A program made the translations under genes and the position numbers. Positions 28,119 through 37,985 of a DNA stretch of 64,000 nucleotides are shown here, piece after piece. The stretch comes from a virus. Every line of letters starts with the position of its first letter. Position 1 is the first letter of the stretch. Location of the stretch: positions 32,001 through 96,000 of IMG/VR virus record IMGVR_UViG_3300005563_000029. One strand, written 5' to 3'. The notes below the pieces were generated by a model. That model was not told where the DNA came from, made no database searches, and saw only the letters and a program-made list of their open reading frames with translations.

Positions 28119-28336
28119 GCGACAGGGCAATGACGCTTCGCCTGCCCGCGGACCTGGCCGAAGAACTTGATCTCGTCTGCGCCGTGGATGACGTCCCAGT
28201 GGCCGAAGCCGTTCGTACCGCGATTGCCGAGCACATCAAGAAGCGCGTACAGGAGCCGCACTTTCAGCTCTGCCTGCGGGCCCAGATCGAGCGGATGCAG
28301 CAGATGGCGACGAGCGGGGAGGGCGACGATGCCTGA
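28115..28336 (+). CDS. Ribbon-helix-helix DNA-binding protein
   Basis: AMTLRLPADLAEEL...VAEAVRTAI. Confidence 0.75.
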   Translation: MSDRAMTLRLPADLAEELDLVCAVDDVPVAEAVRTAIAEHIKKRVQEPHFQLCLRAQIERMQQMATSGEGDDA

Positions 28337-29138
28337 CGACCTGCCCCGCCTGCGTTCCCACGACGACCTCACCACCCGCATCTGGCGCGACAAGCGCTGC
28401 AATTCCGGCACCCGCGAGCTGCTGCTGGCGATCGCGTGGATCCTGGGCCGCGACCCCGACTACGGCACGCTCCCGAACTGCGAGCGTGGCTCATACCTGT
28501 GGCGGCAACTGCGGGTTATGCTCGGCCCGGACGAGCGGCGCCGACGACAGCCCCGCTACAAGGCTCTGGTGGCCGATGACGCCCCCCGGTACGTGCCGCC
28601 GAACACATGGGGCGACCGGTTCTGTGAGGCGCCCCGAGTCCGCCCGTACCGGCCGCGCAACACCGGCAACGGGATCGTGTCGCCGACGTGCCTGATCAAG
28701 CATCCGCACGCGGGGGAGTGCCGATTCACGGTGGTCCACAGCGAAGCGTCCGCCGCCGCGATCTCGAAGCTCGCACCAGAGTCGTCTAACACCTGCGACG
28801 CCCCGGCGAAGCTGGACTTCCACCTCATCGAGCGCGACCCGCTGACCGGCTGGCACATCGGCCATGACTTTTGCGGGCGGCACCGGGACCAGTACGAGCG
28901 GGTGAAGACGCAGCTTGCTGCCGCACCTGAGGCGCCGGAGCCGATACCGAACGTCGGCGGCCTGCTGCCGTGCTACTTCAAGGCCGACTGGGCGCGGGTG
29001 TACGCGGAGATGCGGCCGGGATGGACGGTGCCGGAGTACGGGATCGCGGCGGACGACTGGCCTGGCGTGGTCAGCGGCGGGGCGGCACCGCGGTATCCGA
29101 GGCTGCGGCTGATCGTGGGGGAGATGGCTGATGTGTAA
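28329..29138 (+). CDS. Hypothetical protein
   Basis: Coupled ORF. Confidence 0.7.
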   Translation: MPDDLPRLRSHDDLTTRIWRDKRCNSGTRELLLAIAWILGRDPDYGTLPNCERGSYLWRQLRVMLGPDERRRRQPRYKALVADDAPRYVPPNTWGDRFCEAPRVRPYRPRNTGNGIVSPTCLIKHPHAGECRFTVVHSEASAAAISKLAPESSNTCDAPAKLDFHLIERDPLTGWHIGHDFCGRHRDQYERVKTQLAAAPEAPEPIPNVGGLLPCYFKADWARVYAEMRPGWTVPEYGIAADDWPGVVSGGAAPRYPRLRLIVGEMADV

Positions 29139-29724
29139 GCAGATGAGGAAACCCAAGGCTCGGCTGGGACGCACCAAAGCGGCCGGCACTGGCGCCTGTA
29201 CGGCTCGGTGTAGCTGCGGATGGCGGTTCGAGGCGCCGACTGAGGACCTACTTCTTTCGAGCTGGCGAAGCCACACAGAGCGGGAGTTCTGGCTGCATCG
29301 GGGAACAGCGAAAACCCGAGGCGCCACATGCGGACATCCGAGCACTGTGGCCTGCCGCGAGACTACGACCGGCGATCTTGTGGCGTGGCTATGTACCGGC
29401 TGCGACAAGCAACTGCCGGCCGGGTGGAGAACGGAGGGCGACGTAAAGCGCGGGCGGATGCAGTGCAAGGACATTCCGAACGATCTGGTGATCCAGGCCA
29501 TTGCCAACACTGCCCGGGAGGCCCGCGGCGGTAGCTGGCGAATGTGGTGGGACGTGCTGCCGGCGTTCGACCGGTTGATGCCGGACGTTCCACGTGGCCT
29601 GCTGTTCGCGAAGATCGATCGCATGGCGGGTGCAGGCCTGGTTCATGCTTGTGTTCACCGGCCGTACAACGGCGACCAGTGCCGTGGCGACGTGCACCTG
29701 CCGAGCGAATGCCGAGGCTGCTGA
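29131..29724 (+). CDS. Hypothetical protein (MQCKDIP...CRGD domain)
   Basis: Coupled ORF; possible internal start at 29458. Confidence 0.6.
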   Translation: MCKQMRKPKARLGRTKAAGTGACTARCSCGWRFEAPTEDLLLSSWRSHTEREFWLHRGTAKTRGATCGHPSTVACRETTTGDLVAWLCTGCDKQLPAGWRTEGDVKRGRMQCKDIPNDLVIQAIANTAREARGGSWRMWWDVLPAFDRLMPDVPRGLLFAKIDRMAGAGLVHACVHRPYNGDQCRGDVHLPSECRGC

Positions 29725-30053
29725 TGCCTGAGCTGACTGACGACCGGATCGATCTGCTGGCCCTGTTCGCCGCCTCCGATGGTCCCGAGGTGTTGGGCTT
29801 GCTTGTGGTGGTGCTGTCGTCGCCGCCGGAGACATCGTGGTGGCGCCCGTGGCGTCACTGGCGCGCGGAGATGGCGTGGGTGGACCGCAACAAGGAGATT
29901 GCGGCCGAAGCCGCCGTGCTGGCCGACAGGGGGCTTCTGCGGTGCGTGCGGAGCCACCGGTGGTCGGAGTTGAAGAGCGTGTACGAGATCACCGATGCCG
30001 GGCGGGCGGCGAGTGAAGCTGCCGCAATCGGCGTTACGGAAGGAGCGTCATGA
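29724..30053 (+). CDS. Winged-helix-like protein
   Basis: LADRGLL...YEITDAGRAA. Confidence 0.6.
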   Translation: MPELTDDRIDLLALFAASDGPEVLGLLVVVLSSPPETSWWRPWRHWRAEMAWVDRNKEIAAEAAVLADRGLLRCVRSHRWSELKSVYEITDAGRAASEAAAIGVTEGAS

Positions 30054-30556
30054 ACGAGAAGACGAAGCCGATCAGCGCCAGCGACGCCTACGCCGGCACC
30101 GGCAGCAACGAGGAGCTGTGGCCCATCCTGGCCAGCCACGGCGCCGTCACCGACCCGAACGACATACGCGACAGCTACCTGGCGACGGTGCCGATCAACT
30201 GGCGGAACGCGGCCTGCAAGGACGTGGCCGACCGGTACCAGGACGCGAAGACGCGGGCTGAGGAAGCTGAGGCCGATGTGGAGCGGTTGCGTGCGCACCT
30301 GGAGGTTTCGTTTGGCGCGAGCGAAGCCCTGTGCGAGAACGCCAACAATCTCGACAGCAAGGTGCGGCGGCTTCGCGCTCAGCTGGCCGAGGCGACGGCG
30401 CTGCTCGGTCACTTCGTCGACCATGAGGATCAGCCGTGCGAGTTGAACCACCACGGCGCCTGCAAGGCGCACGGCGGGTCCGAGCTGAGGCCGTGCGATG
30501 TCGCGGTCGGGCGGGAGTTGTTGGGACGGCTCCGCGGGGGCGGTAAGGCGCGGTGA
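30050..30556 (+). CDS. Hypothetical protein
   Basis: Coiled coil; PCELNHHGACKAH. Confidence 0.7.
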   Translation: MNEKTKPISASDAYAGTGSNEELWPILASHGAVTDPNDIRDSYLATVPINWRNAACKDVADRYQDAKTRAEEAEADVERLRAHLEVSFGASEALCENANNLDSKVRRLRAQLAEATALLGHFVDHEDQPCELNHHGACKAHGGSELRPCDVAVGRELLGRLRGGGKAR

Positions 30557-30789
30557 GCGCACGTCGTGCCCGTCGGGTCGCGCGTCGCGAGTGCGAGATC
30601 CTCGGCGCGATCGCCAGCGAGGCGGACGGTGCGTCGATAGACGTGATCTCCGAGAAGCTCGGCCGTGACCGTGACGACGTGTACGGGCATCTCGTGTGGA
30701 TTGAACACCACGGTCAGGTCATCAGCGAGCTGGTGGGTCAAGGCGAGTCCAGCTACCGCGTGTACTGGCTTCCGGGGTGGAAGCGGTGA
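30553..30789 (+). CDS. Winged-helix-like small protein
   Basis: GTGA overlap. Confidence 0.6.
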   Translation: MSARRARRVARRECEILGAIASEADGASIDVISEKLGRDRDDVYGHLVWIEHHGQVISELVGQGESSYRVYWLPGWKR

Positions 30790-30966
30790 CCGACCCGGAC
30801 GCCGCCCTCAGCGTGTCTCTCGCGGCCGTCAGCGCCCGCCTGGGCGCCGGCTACGTTGCGGCTGTTCGCCAGTTCCGCGCGCGGCTGGAAGAGGTCTACA
30901 GCGCCGCCTACGCCGACTGGGACAGGCTTATGGACGGGCCGAGTGGGGCCGCAGGTGGAGGGCTGA

Positions 30967-31182
30967 TCAGTTCTTGTCGAGTGCCCGTGTCTGGGCCGCG
31001 GCCTCGGCAAAGAAATCGACCTCGGTTTCCATGCGGTCCAAGCAGTTCGTTGCCTTGATCCGCTCGTCCACCGTGAGGCGCGGCCATGCTTCCTGCACGC
31101 GCAGGCGCATGACGGCGAGGGTGAAGTTCAAACCATGAGGCAACTGGGCACCGGACGGTTCGTCCGTGGAGTCGTCAGGCAT
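30967..31182 (-). CDS. Hypothetical protein
   Basis: Coupled to HTH gene. Confidence 0.55.
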   Translation of the reverse strand: MPDDSTDEPSGAQLPHGLNFTLAVMRLRVQEAWPRLTVDERIKATNCLDRMETEVDFFAEAAAQTRALDKN

Positions 31183-31426
31183 CCGGCTTGTCCTTGATGG
31201 TCCGCACGGTTGGTGTGCGTCCCCGACCTCGGATCTGCACGCCCCGCTTGATCAGGATCCTGCGCACCTGCTCGTGACTGAGCTTGGTCGTATGCGCGAT
31301 GTCGCGCAGGCTTTCCTGGTTCTCTTCGTAGGCCTTGACGATTAGGTCTTCTTTGCGGGCGCGGGCGTTGGCCTCGCGGGCGGTTTCTTCGGCGAGCTTG
31401 GCCATCACGTCCTCCACGGCGCTCAT
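31175..31426 (-). CDS. HTH regulator
   Basis: SLRDIAHTTKLSHEQVRRIL. Confidence 0.8.
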   Translation of the reverse strand: MSAVEDVMAKLAEETAREANARARKEDLIVKAYEENQESLRDIAHTTKLSHEQVRRILIKRGVQIRGRGRTPTVRTIKDKPDA

Positions 31427-31462
31427 GATCGCAGATCGTCTGGTGGTTCCGTGGCCAATCTT

Positions 31463-31529
31463 AAGTCACATCCGTTGACTTTGGAAGGCGCGAGTGAGAT
31501 GCTGGACCTATAGTCACAGGATGTGACTT
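31463..31529 (+). promoter_or_regulatory. Divergent promoter with inverted-repeat operators
   Basis: AAGTCACATCC...GGATGTGACTT; palindrome AGTCACA-GGA-TGTGACT; TTGACT-N17-GATGCT. Confidence 0.65.
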
Positions 31530-31549
31530 TAGGGGGAGAGGGAGAAGCG

Positions 31550-32149
31550 ATGACCACCGCGACCGCCGACCGCACCAAGCTCCAGGCCAAGATCGAGCGC
31601 GTCCGCGCCATCGTCGACCACCCCCGCACCAACGAACACCTGCGCGCCGTCGCCAAGCACAAGCTCGACAAGCTCATGTCCCAGCTCGACGAGGCCCCGC
31701 ACGCCGGCTACCGGCTGCCCGACGGCTGGTTCGGCGCCAAGTACGACCCGAGCCGGTCCCTCACCGACATCGCCAAAATGATCCGCGAGGAGATCAAGCT
31801 CCTGCGCAAGATCGGCAACCTGGAGTCTGACGGCGCCGTTGCCATCCCCAGCCCCATCGCCGACATGGCCGCCGACATCAAGGTCAGCGTGCGGCAGCCG
31901 CACTACGGATCCATCGTGGTCACCCTGAAGGGCGTTCCGCAGGAGTGGGGCTGGATGCGCGGTGCCGATCCCCGCGACTTCTGGCAGCAGGAGCGTTGGA
32001 TCCACACCCCGGCGTTGCAGGCGCTGATCGACGAGCTGCACGCCTTGATCAACGCCTACAACTACGACCGCAGCGACGCCATGGTCGACCACTTCGACAC
32101 GAACTTCTACGGCCGTGTGGACGTGGACTGGCGCGAGGTTCCGCGGTGA
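31550..32149 (+). CDS. LPD29-like (polyvalent-protein-associated domain) protein
   Basis: AKMIREEIK...IKVSVR..HYGSI...AYNYDRSDAMVDHFDTNFY (recalled motif). Confidence 0.6.
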   Translation: MTTATADRTKLQAKIERVRAIVDHPRTNEHLRAVAKHKLDKLMSQLDEAPHAGYRLPDGWFGAKYDPSRSLTDIAKMIREEIKLLRKIGNLESDGAVAIPSPIADMAADIKVSVRQPHYGSIVVTLKGVPQEWGWMRGADPRDFWQQERWIHTPALQALIDELHALINAYNYDRSDAMVDHFDTNFYGRVDVDWREVPR

Positions 32150-32385
32150 CCGCGCCCAATGTCGACCCGCGCTGGGCTGCCAAAGCGCCCGGGTACGCGG
32201 CCAAGTTCGCCGCCGAGACCGTGCGCTATGAGCCCCCGGCGTGGGTCGAGCCGACCGACGAGGCGTTTGCGGAGTGCTTCAAGCACTGCGTGCGGGTGCC
32301 GCCAACCGAGGTGTATCCGCTGATCCGGGAGGCGTTCCTCGCGGAGTACGGAAAGCTCCGCAACAACCTGAACATGGAGAGCTAA
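32146..32385 (+). CDS. Hypothetical protein
   Basis: GTGA overlap. Confidence 0.6.
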   Translation: MTAPNVDPRWAAKAPGYAAKFAAETVRYEPPAWVEPTDEAFAECFKHCVRVPPTEVYPLIREAFLAEYGKLRNNLNMES

Positions 32386-32478
32386 CGTGACCGGCCAGAC
32401 CACCAACGACCTCGCCATCGCTGTCCGCGACGGCAAACGCCACCGACCGCGCATGGCCGACGCGAGGCTTACGTCGAG

Positions 32479-32871
32479 TTGCTGGAGCGCAGCAACGCTG
32501 CGGCATCGCAGCGTGAAGGCGACATGGCACGGCAAATGGTTACCCTCGTTGAGGAACGCGACCTTGCGATCGCCCACGACCGCCAGCCCTACCCGACAGC
32601 GTGGGCCTACGAGCAGGCCTGTGTGGCGCTGGAGAGGCACCGCGAGCGTGCGGATGCCGCCGAAGCCCGCCTGGCCGAGTTCGGCGAGCCCACAACGCAG
32701 TGGACGTCCGAACGGCACATCGGCCGTATGGCGCTGCACACAGCTAAGGCCTGCGATACCGAAGCCGAGGCGCTGGAGATCGTCGCCGAGGACCGTGCTG
32801 ACGGCATCGAGGCGCGGCTTGCACAGCGCATGCTGGGCCAGTGGAGCACGATTGAACAGAGAGAAGCCTGA
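32479..32871 (+). CDS. Hypothetical protein (start uncertain, possible frameshift from 32387)
   Basis: AHDRQPYPTAWAYEQAC motif. Confidence 0.6.
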   Translation: MLERSNAAASQREGDMARQMVTLVEERDLAIAHDRQPYPTAWAYEQACVALERHRERADAAEARLAEFGEPTTQWTSERHIGRMALHTAKACDTEAEALEIVAEDRADGIEARLAQRMLGQWSTIEQREA

Positions 32872-32872
32872 C

Positions 32873-33148
32873 ATGGCGATGTTCCGGGCCGGTGACGAAG
32901 TCACCATCCTTATAGGTCCCGGCAAGGGTCGAACAACAACCATCGCCCAGGTCCGGATGTTCGCCACCGACTGCGGCTACTACCTGCACGGCGGTGACGG
33001 GCTGTATCCCCCGAGCGTGGTTGCTCTGGTCCGCGAGCGGACCGGCGGAAACCCGTGCCTGGCCGCCGGCGACGACAAGCAGCACCGCGCGATGAACTCG
33101 TGCGACCACTGCCGCGGCGTGTGCGCGCATTTCGACGAGGAGAATTGA
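32873..33148 (+). CDS. KOW-like small protein
   Basis: FRAGDEVTILIGPGKGR. Confidence 0.6.
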   Translation: MAMFRAGDEVTILIGPGKGRTTTIAQVRMFATDCGYYLHGGDGLYPPSVVALVRERTGGNPCLAAGDDKQHRAMNSCDHCRGVCAHFDEEN

Positions 33149-33149
33149 C

Positions 33150-33560
33150 GTGAGCACCGAACCCGTCCAGCCCGACCCGCAGGCCGTGCGCGAGATCGCA
33201 CGCACAGCCATGACGCTCGCCGCCCAACGCCGCGACGACATCGAGGTGGCCATTTTCCGTTCCGGCGCGATTGGCGATCGACCGACAACCGGTTCGGGTG
33301 CGTCCGCCGAGATGGCGGCGTGGCGCACCGCCTACGGCACGCTGTACGCCGCGGTCCGCGAGGAGATGAAGACCGGCACGGCTACCGCTTCGTGGCCGGA
33401 CGAGCAGGAAGCCGACGTGCGCGCCGTGGCCGCACTGCTGGCCGCCGACAGTGAGGACGTACCGGAGGCCGAGTACGCCGCCGCGCGGACGGCACTGCGG
33501 GGACGATTCGCGGACCGGATCGCAGCGCTTGACGACAACGAGGAAGACGAGAATCGATGA
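33150..33560 (+). CDS. Hypothetical protein
   Basis: RBS GAGGAG. Confidence 0.65.
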   Translation: MSTEPVQPDPQAVREIARTAMTLAAQRRDDIEVAIFRSGAIGDRPTTGSGASAEMAAWRTAYGTLYAAVREEMKTGTATASWPDEQEADVRAVAALLAADSEDVPEAEYAAARTALRGRFADRIAALDDNEEDENR

Positions 33561-33964
33561 CCAACTACACCGTGGCCATGGGCGAGTTCCGCATCGAGCC
33601 GCCGCTGACGTGGGCCGAGTTCAAGGCCAGCCCCTACCGTCCCGAGCAGGCGCGCACCGAACCCGACGTCCTGTTTGAAGTCGAGACCACCGAGGTCGAT
33701 GGCGAACAGGGCGTAATGCTGCTGCACCGGGCTGTTGCCGTGCACCCCTACGCGCCTGGCCGGTTGTTCGGGTACCACGTGGGCCTTGCCGAGACGCTGC
33801 GCAAGCTGCTGGTGGAGTACGGCGACCGGCACCAGTTCACCGGCTACTTCGAATGCCGCACGTCGCGGGATGACGTGCAGCACGACTGGTACCGCCTGAC
33901 CGTGCGTGACGGCGAGGTCGTCCGCATGGAGCCGCACATCACCTGGCCGAACGAGGAGAGCTGA
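33557..33964 (+). CDS. DUF6205-like protein (paralog 1)
   Basis: GEFRIEPPLTWAE...HQFTGYFEC...RLTVRDGEVVRMEPHITWP. Confidence 0.75.
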   Translation: MTNYTVAMGEFRIEPPLTWAEFKASPYRPEQARTEPDVLFEVETTEVDGEQGVMLLHRAVAVHPYAPGRLFGYHVGLAETLRKLLVEYGDRHQFTGYFECRTSRDDVQHDWYRLTVRDGEVVRMEPHITWPNEES

Positions 33965-33966
33965 CC

Positions 33967-34593
33967 ATGGATATCGTGATCAACCCCGGCAGCGGGCCCG
34001 TTGACGGCGCGACTGCCGAGCAGGCCGCCGCCGCCATGGAACAGTTCGTGCGCGACCTGGCCGAGCGCGACATCACCGTCGACTCCTGCATCCGCAACAG
34101 CGGCGCCGACTACGATGCCGAAGACCACGGCGGCCGGTTTGCCTTCGATCTCGCCTTTGGCGACGGGCGTACCGCCCAGATTCAGATGCCTGGACTCCCG
34201 GTCGAGCGGGTTCGCTGGCTTGGCCAGGACCAGGACATCTGGCAGTTCCCGCGCCTGTACGTGGACGACTCGTCGTAGGTGTGGTTCTTCGCGCTCAACG
34301 CTTGCCACCCGGACGGCGACGAGACTCCCGAGCCCTCCGATCCGGGAACCGTGGTTGGCCAGCCGGCGGCCGGCTGGGCAACGCACACCATCGCCGAAGC
34401 TCGGAACGTCGGCGATGGGGGCTCCTGCCCCGAGTGCGGTGCCGAGTTGGTTCGGAACAACTGCACGTCGGGTGTGTGCCCTTCCGCTTCGTGCCACAAC
34501 TGCGGCTACGGATGCGACCTGTTCACCGACGGCGCCGGCAAGTGCGTTATGGCGCTGCGCAAGAAGCTTCCACCGACCAACTACGAGAGTTGA
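33967..34593 (+). pseudogene. Gene interrupted by in-frame TAG at 34276-34278 (or read-through)
   Basis: FPRLYVDDSS*VWFFALNAC continues in frame with no RBS. Confidence 0.6.
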
Positions 34594-34599
34594 ATCCCG

Positions 34600-35514
34600 A
34601 TGAGCCACTACACCGTCCTGGTCGCCATCGACCCGAGCGACCCCAAACGCCGCGACCTCGAAACCGCGCTCGCCCCGTTCGACGAGGGCTGCGAGATGGA
34701 GCCCTACCGACGCTACGAAGACGGCGAGCCGGCCGACTACTGGAGTTGGGAGAAGTCCCCCGATGCGCCCGCCGAACCCACCTGGGCACAGGTCGCCGAG
34801 GTTCACAACGCCAAGTACGACGACGAGCCGCTGCACGTGGACGACGACGGCCGCGCCTACACCCTGAGCACGTACAACCCGGACAGTCGCTGGGACTGGT
34901 GGACCGTCGGCGGACGCTGGACCGGCTACTTTCGGGTGCGCCCTGAGTACATCGGCCACAAGGACGTCATCAACGGCAAGCCCGGCCTGCTAACCGAGGC
35001 GAACACCGACGAGGACTGGTGCGACGGCGGACCCAAGCGGGTGCTGGACTTCAAGCGCACCCGCGACTGGAGGCAGGTCGACGAGGCGCTGCTGTATTCG
35101 AAGTTCCACAAGCTCATCGACGGCACGCCCGAGGCAGCACTGTGGTCGAGCTTCATCGCCCGGCACGAAGCCGACAAGGACGGCTACACAATCGAGCAGG
35201 CACGTAGGGACTACCACGCACAGGAGCGTGTGCAGGCGCTGAAGAACACCGACTTCGACTGGAACACCTCGGAGTCGATGGAACGCTTCCAGCGCTCGCG
35301 CGAGGAGGTTCTAGCCAGGGCCGCGGCCCGCGCGGTCCCGGGCTTCGCGACGCTCACGCTCGACGGGCAGTGGAAGGAGCCGGGGAAGATGGGCTGGTTC
35401 GGGATGTCGAGCGACACTCCCGAGACGCAGGACGAGTACTACGCCTGGGCAAACAAGTACGTCGACTCGCTCGACGACGAGATCGTGCTGGTTCTCGTGG
35501 ATGTGCACATCTGA
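34600..35514 (+). CDS. Conserved phage hypothetical protein
   Basis: MSHYTVLV...YNPDSRWDWWTVGGRW...GKMGWFGMS...VDVHI. Confidence 0.85.
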   Translation: MSHYTVLVAIDPSDPKRRDLETALAPFDEGCEMEPYRRYEDGEPADYWSWEKSPDAPAEPTWAQVAEVHNAKYDDEPLHVDDDGRAYTLSTYNPDSRWDWWTVGGRWTGYFRVRPEYIGHKDVINGKPGLLTEANTDEDWCDGGPKRVLDFKRTRDWRQVDEALLYSKFHKLIDGTPEAALWSSFIARHEADKDGYTIEQARRDYHAQERVQALKNTDFDWNTSESMERFQRSREEVLARAAARAVPGFATLTLDGQWKEPGKMGWFGMSSDTPETQDEYYAWANKYVDSLDDEIVLVLVDVHI

Positions 35515-36425
35515 TGGGCCGCGAGATTCGTCGGGTCCCGCTCAACTTCGCGCATCCCGCCGGCGAGGTCTGGCCCGGGTTCCTGATGCCGGAGTCGCTG
35601 CACGAGGACCCGTGCCCGGCCTGCAAGTCCGGTTACTCCGAGCACGCCCAGATGCTGCACGACCTGTGGTACGGCTACCTGCCGTTCGACCCGGCCACCA
35701 CCGGATCAACGCCGCTGACTGTCGACACGCCGGCCGTGCGCGCATTTGCGGAGCGCAACGTCAACCACTCGCCCGACTTCTACGGCACCGACGAATACGC
35801 CATCGTCCGTGAGGCCCAGCGACTCATCGACCACTGGAACGGTCAGTGGGGCCACCACCTGTCGCAGGAAGACGTGGATGCACTAATCGAAGCCGACCGA
35901 CTGTGGGACCTGACCCACACCTGCCGCCGCGGCGAGGGCTGGCAGAAGATCGAACCCGCGCCCGTTGTTACCGCCCCCCAGGTCAACGAGTGGTCGATTG
36001 GTGGTTTCGGCCACGACTCGATCAACTGCTGGATTGCCGTGAAGGCTCGCTGCGAACGCGAAGGCTTCCCCGTCTCCTGCTCGACGTGCGATGGCCACGG
36101 CACGATCGAGGCCTACCCGGGCCAGCGCACCGAAGCCGAAGCGTGGGAGCGTACCGATCCGCCGGAAGGCGAGGGTTGGCAGCTATGGGAGACGACCTCC
36201 GAGGGCTCCCCGATGTCGCCGGTATTCGACACGCCGGAGGGCCTGGCCGGCTGGATGTCCGCGGCCGGGCGGGACAAGTTCGACTGGGTGCCGTTCGACA
36301 CCGCCATGGAGTTCATCAAGGAAGGGTGGGCGCCGTCGCTGGTCGCCACGGCACAGACGGGCGTGGTGTCGGGTGTGGAGTTCGTTGGTTTCCACGGCGA
36401 CGGCAACGAGGAAGGCGGCGGCTGA
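35514..36425 (+). CDS. Conserved phage hypothetical protein (DnaJ-type Zn motifs)
   Basis: MGREIRRVP...GEGWQLWETTSEGSPMSPVF. Confidence 0.85.
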   Translation: MGREIRRVPLNFAHPAGEVWPGFLMPESLHEDPCPACKSGYSEHAQMLHDLWYGYLPFDPATTGSTPLTVDTPAVRAFAERNVNHSPDFYGTDEYAIVREAQRLIDHWNGQWGHHLSQEDVDALIEADRLWDLTHTCRRGEGWQKIEPAPVVTAPQVNEWSIGGFGHDSINCWIAVKARCEREGFPVSCSTCDGHGTIEAYPGQRTEAEAWERTDPPEGEGWQLWETTSEGSPMSPVFDTPEGLAGWMSAAGRDKFDWVPFDTAMEFIKEGWAPSLVATAQTGVVSGVEFVGFHGDGNEEGGG

Positions 36426-36835
36426 TGTTCGTGGCTCCGATGCCGCACGACGACTACATCAACGCCGTTGCCCACCGCCTTACCGAGCTCGGATACCAGC
36501 CAGCGCAGTGGTGGACGGAGTCCCCGGACGGCGAGCAGCTGGACGGCGTCATTATCTTCCGCGGTCACGCCGCCAACCTCGACCTGTGGCCCGGCAAGGT
36601 CTACCTCGGCTGGGACCAGCACGACGGATGGGTGCTGTGCGAGGCGGAACAGGGCGTCGGCAACGACGCCCGCACCCTGTACCCGCTCGACCTCGACACC
36701 TTCGCCGCCCCCGAGGCGGTTGCGACCCGCGCCGCAGACCGGTTGACGGGACGGCCGGACACCGACGTAGACGAAAGCTGGGACGGCGCTGAGGCGCTTG
36801 CCGAATCGATTCGAGTTTGGGAGAGCAATGACTGA
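36425..36835 (+). CDS. DUF6292-like protein
   Basis: DYINAVAHRL...LGWDQHDGW...APEAVA. Confidence 0.65.
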   Translation: MFVAPMPHDDYINAVAHRLTELGYQPAQWWTESPDGEQLDGVIIFRGHAANLDLWPGKVYLGWDQHDGWVLCEAEQGVGNDARTLYPLDLDTFAAPEAVATRAADRLTGRPDTDVDESWDGAEALAESIRVWESND

Positions 36836-37121
36836 CACGACCGAGTCCATCCAGGAGCGTTCCGATCGCTACGCAGCCGAGCACCGCCGCTTGGTGAACA
36901 CGCCGCTGCCCGACGGCTGGCTTGAGCTGTGCATGGACGCCGGCTTCCCCGGCCTGCCTGCCGACATGACCGTTGAGGAAGCGCACCGGCGGATCCGGGC
37001 CATCGTGAACGTGGTGCTACCGCTGCACGAGCAGATGATTCGTGATCAGGTCTCGAAGGAAGTCCGGTACGGCGGGCCGACTCGGGTGGCGCCGCTGGAC
37101 CACGAGGAGTACGAGATCTGA
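36828..37121 (+). CDS. Hypothetical protein
   Basis: Coupled ORF. Confidence 0.6.
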   Translation: MTDTTESIQERSDRYAAEHRRLVNTPLPDGWLELCMDAGFPGLPADMTVEEAHRRIRAIVNVVLPLHEQMIRDQVSKEVRYGGPTRVAPLDHEEYEI

Positions 37122-37444
37122 TGGCCACCGTGCATAGGTTCACCCCGCAGCAGATCCTGGCGCTGCCGATGCAAGGCAACGACGCGGACGCCGCAACGAT
37201 CGGCGGCTATCTGATCAAGCTGCTCGCCACGCTATGGAACGAGAAGGATGGCTTCGACGGCAAACGGCCGTTCGGGAACTCCGACTGGGACGGCGAACTG
37301 GTCGTGGCGCTGATCCGCGCCGACGCCGTCGAGGGCGAGCTTGACGAGGACGGCTACATCGAGCGCTGCGACGACGACGCGGTCGAGAAGCTGATTGCCG
37401 CGGCAATCCAGGAGCTTGGTGTGGCTGCCGGGGTTTCGGTATGA
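37121..37444 (+). CDS. Conserved phage hypothetical protein
   Basis: LLATLWNEKDGFDGKRPFGNSDW. Confidence 0.8.
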   Translation: MATVHRFTPQQILALPMQGNDADAATIGGYLIKLLATLWNEKDGFDGKRPFGNSDWDGELVVALIRADAVEGELDEDGYIERCDDDAVEKLIAAAIQELGVAAGVSV

Positions 37445-37659
37445 CGCACCCCGACACACCGCTGGATCGCGTGGAGATGTTCGTGGAAGCCCTGGAGCAC
37501 CACGGCCACGGCAACGCGATCGTTTCCTGCCGGTACGGCCACGAGGCCCACTGGCCCGGCGAGAACCGGGAGTACGTGCCGCTGCACGCCGGGGACCTGC
37601 GGGACCTGGTTGATGAGGTGCGGCAGTTGCGCGCGGACGCGGCGGGGCGGTGGCAGTGA
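37441..37659 (+). CDS. Hypothetical protein
   Basis: ATGA overlap. Confidence 0.6.
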   Translation: MTHPDTPLDRVEMFVEALEHHGHGNAIVSCRYGHEAHWPGENREYVPLHAGDLRDLVDEVRQLRADAAGRWQ

Positions 37660-37985
37660 TGACGGGCGAGCCTGAAGCGGATTTTCCGCCGTGGACCCCG
37701 CGCCCCGACCTGAACGCCACGGACCTGGCGTGCACCCTTGAACACATCCGCCGGGTCGCGTATCTGCACTGGATTGGCGGCGCCTTCGACCCCGACCACA
37801 TGCGGGACATCGCGAACGCTGCGGCACAGGCGTTGTGCGGTGAGCCAATTGAGGCGCCGGTCGACCTGAACTCGCCGGAGTGGCGCGGCCACGTGCGGGA
37901 GCAGTCCGACGCGTGGATCGCGCTGTGCGACGACAGCCTGGTTGCGATCGGCAGCACCTCGGAGTCCGACAATGGCAACGGTTGA
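37659..37985 (+). CDS. Hypothetical protein
   Basis: TGATG overlap. Confidence 0.6.
   Translation: MTGEPEADFPPWTPRPDLNATDLACTLEHIRRVAYLHWIGGAFDPDHMRDIANAAAQALCGEPIEAPVDLNSPEWRGHVREQSDAWIALCDDSLVAIGSTSESDNGNG

Noticed and set aside
32387-32530. Possible programmed frameshift joining the 32387 start to the 32479 ORF
   Set aside because: No slippery sequence visible; an alternative start at 32524 or a sequencing indel explains it equally well.
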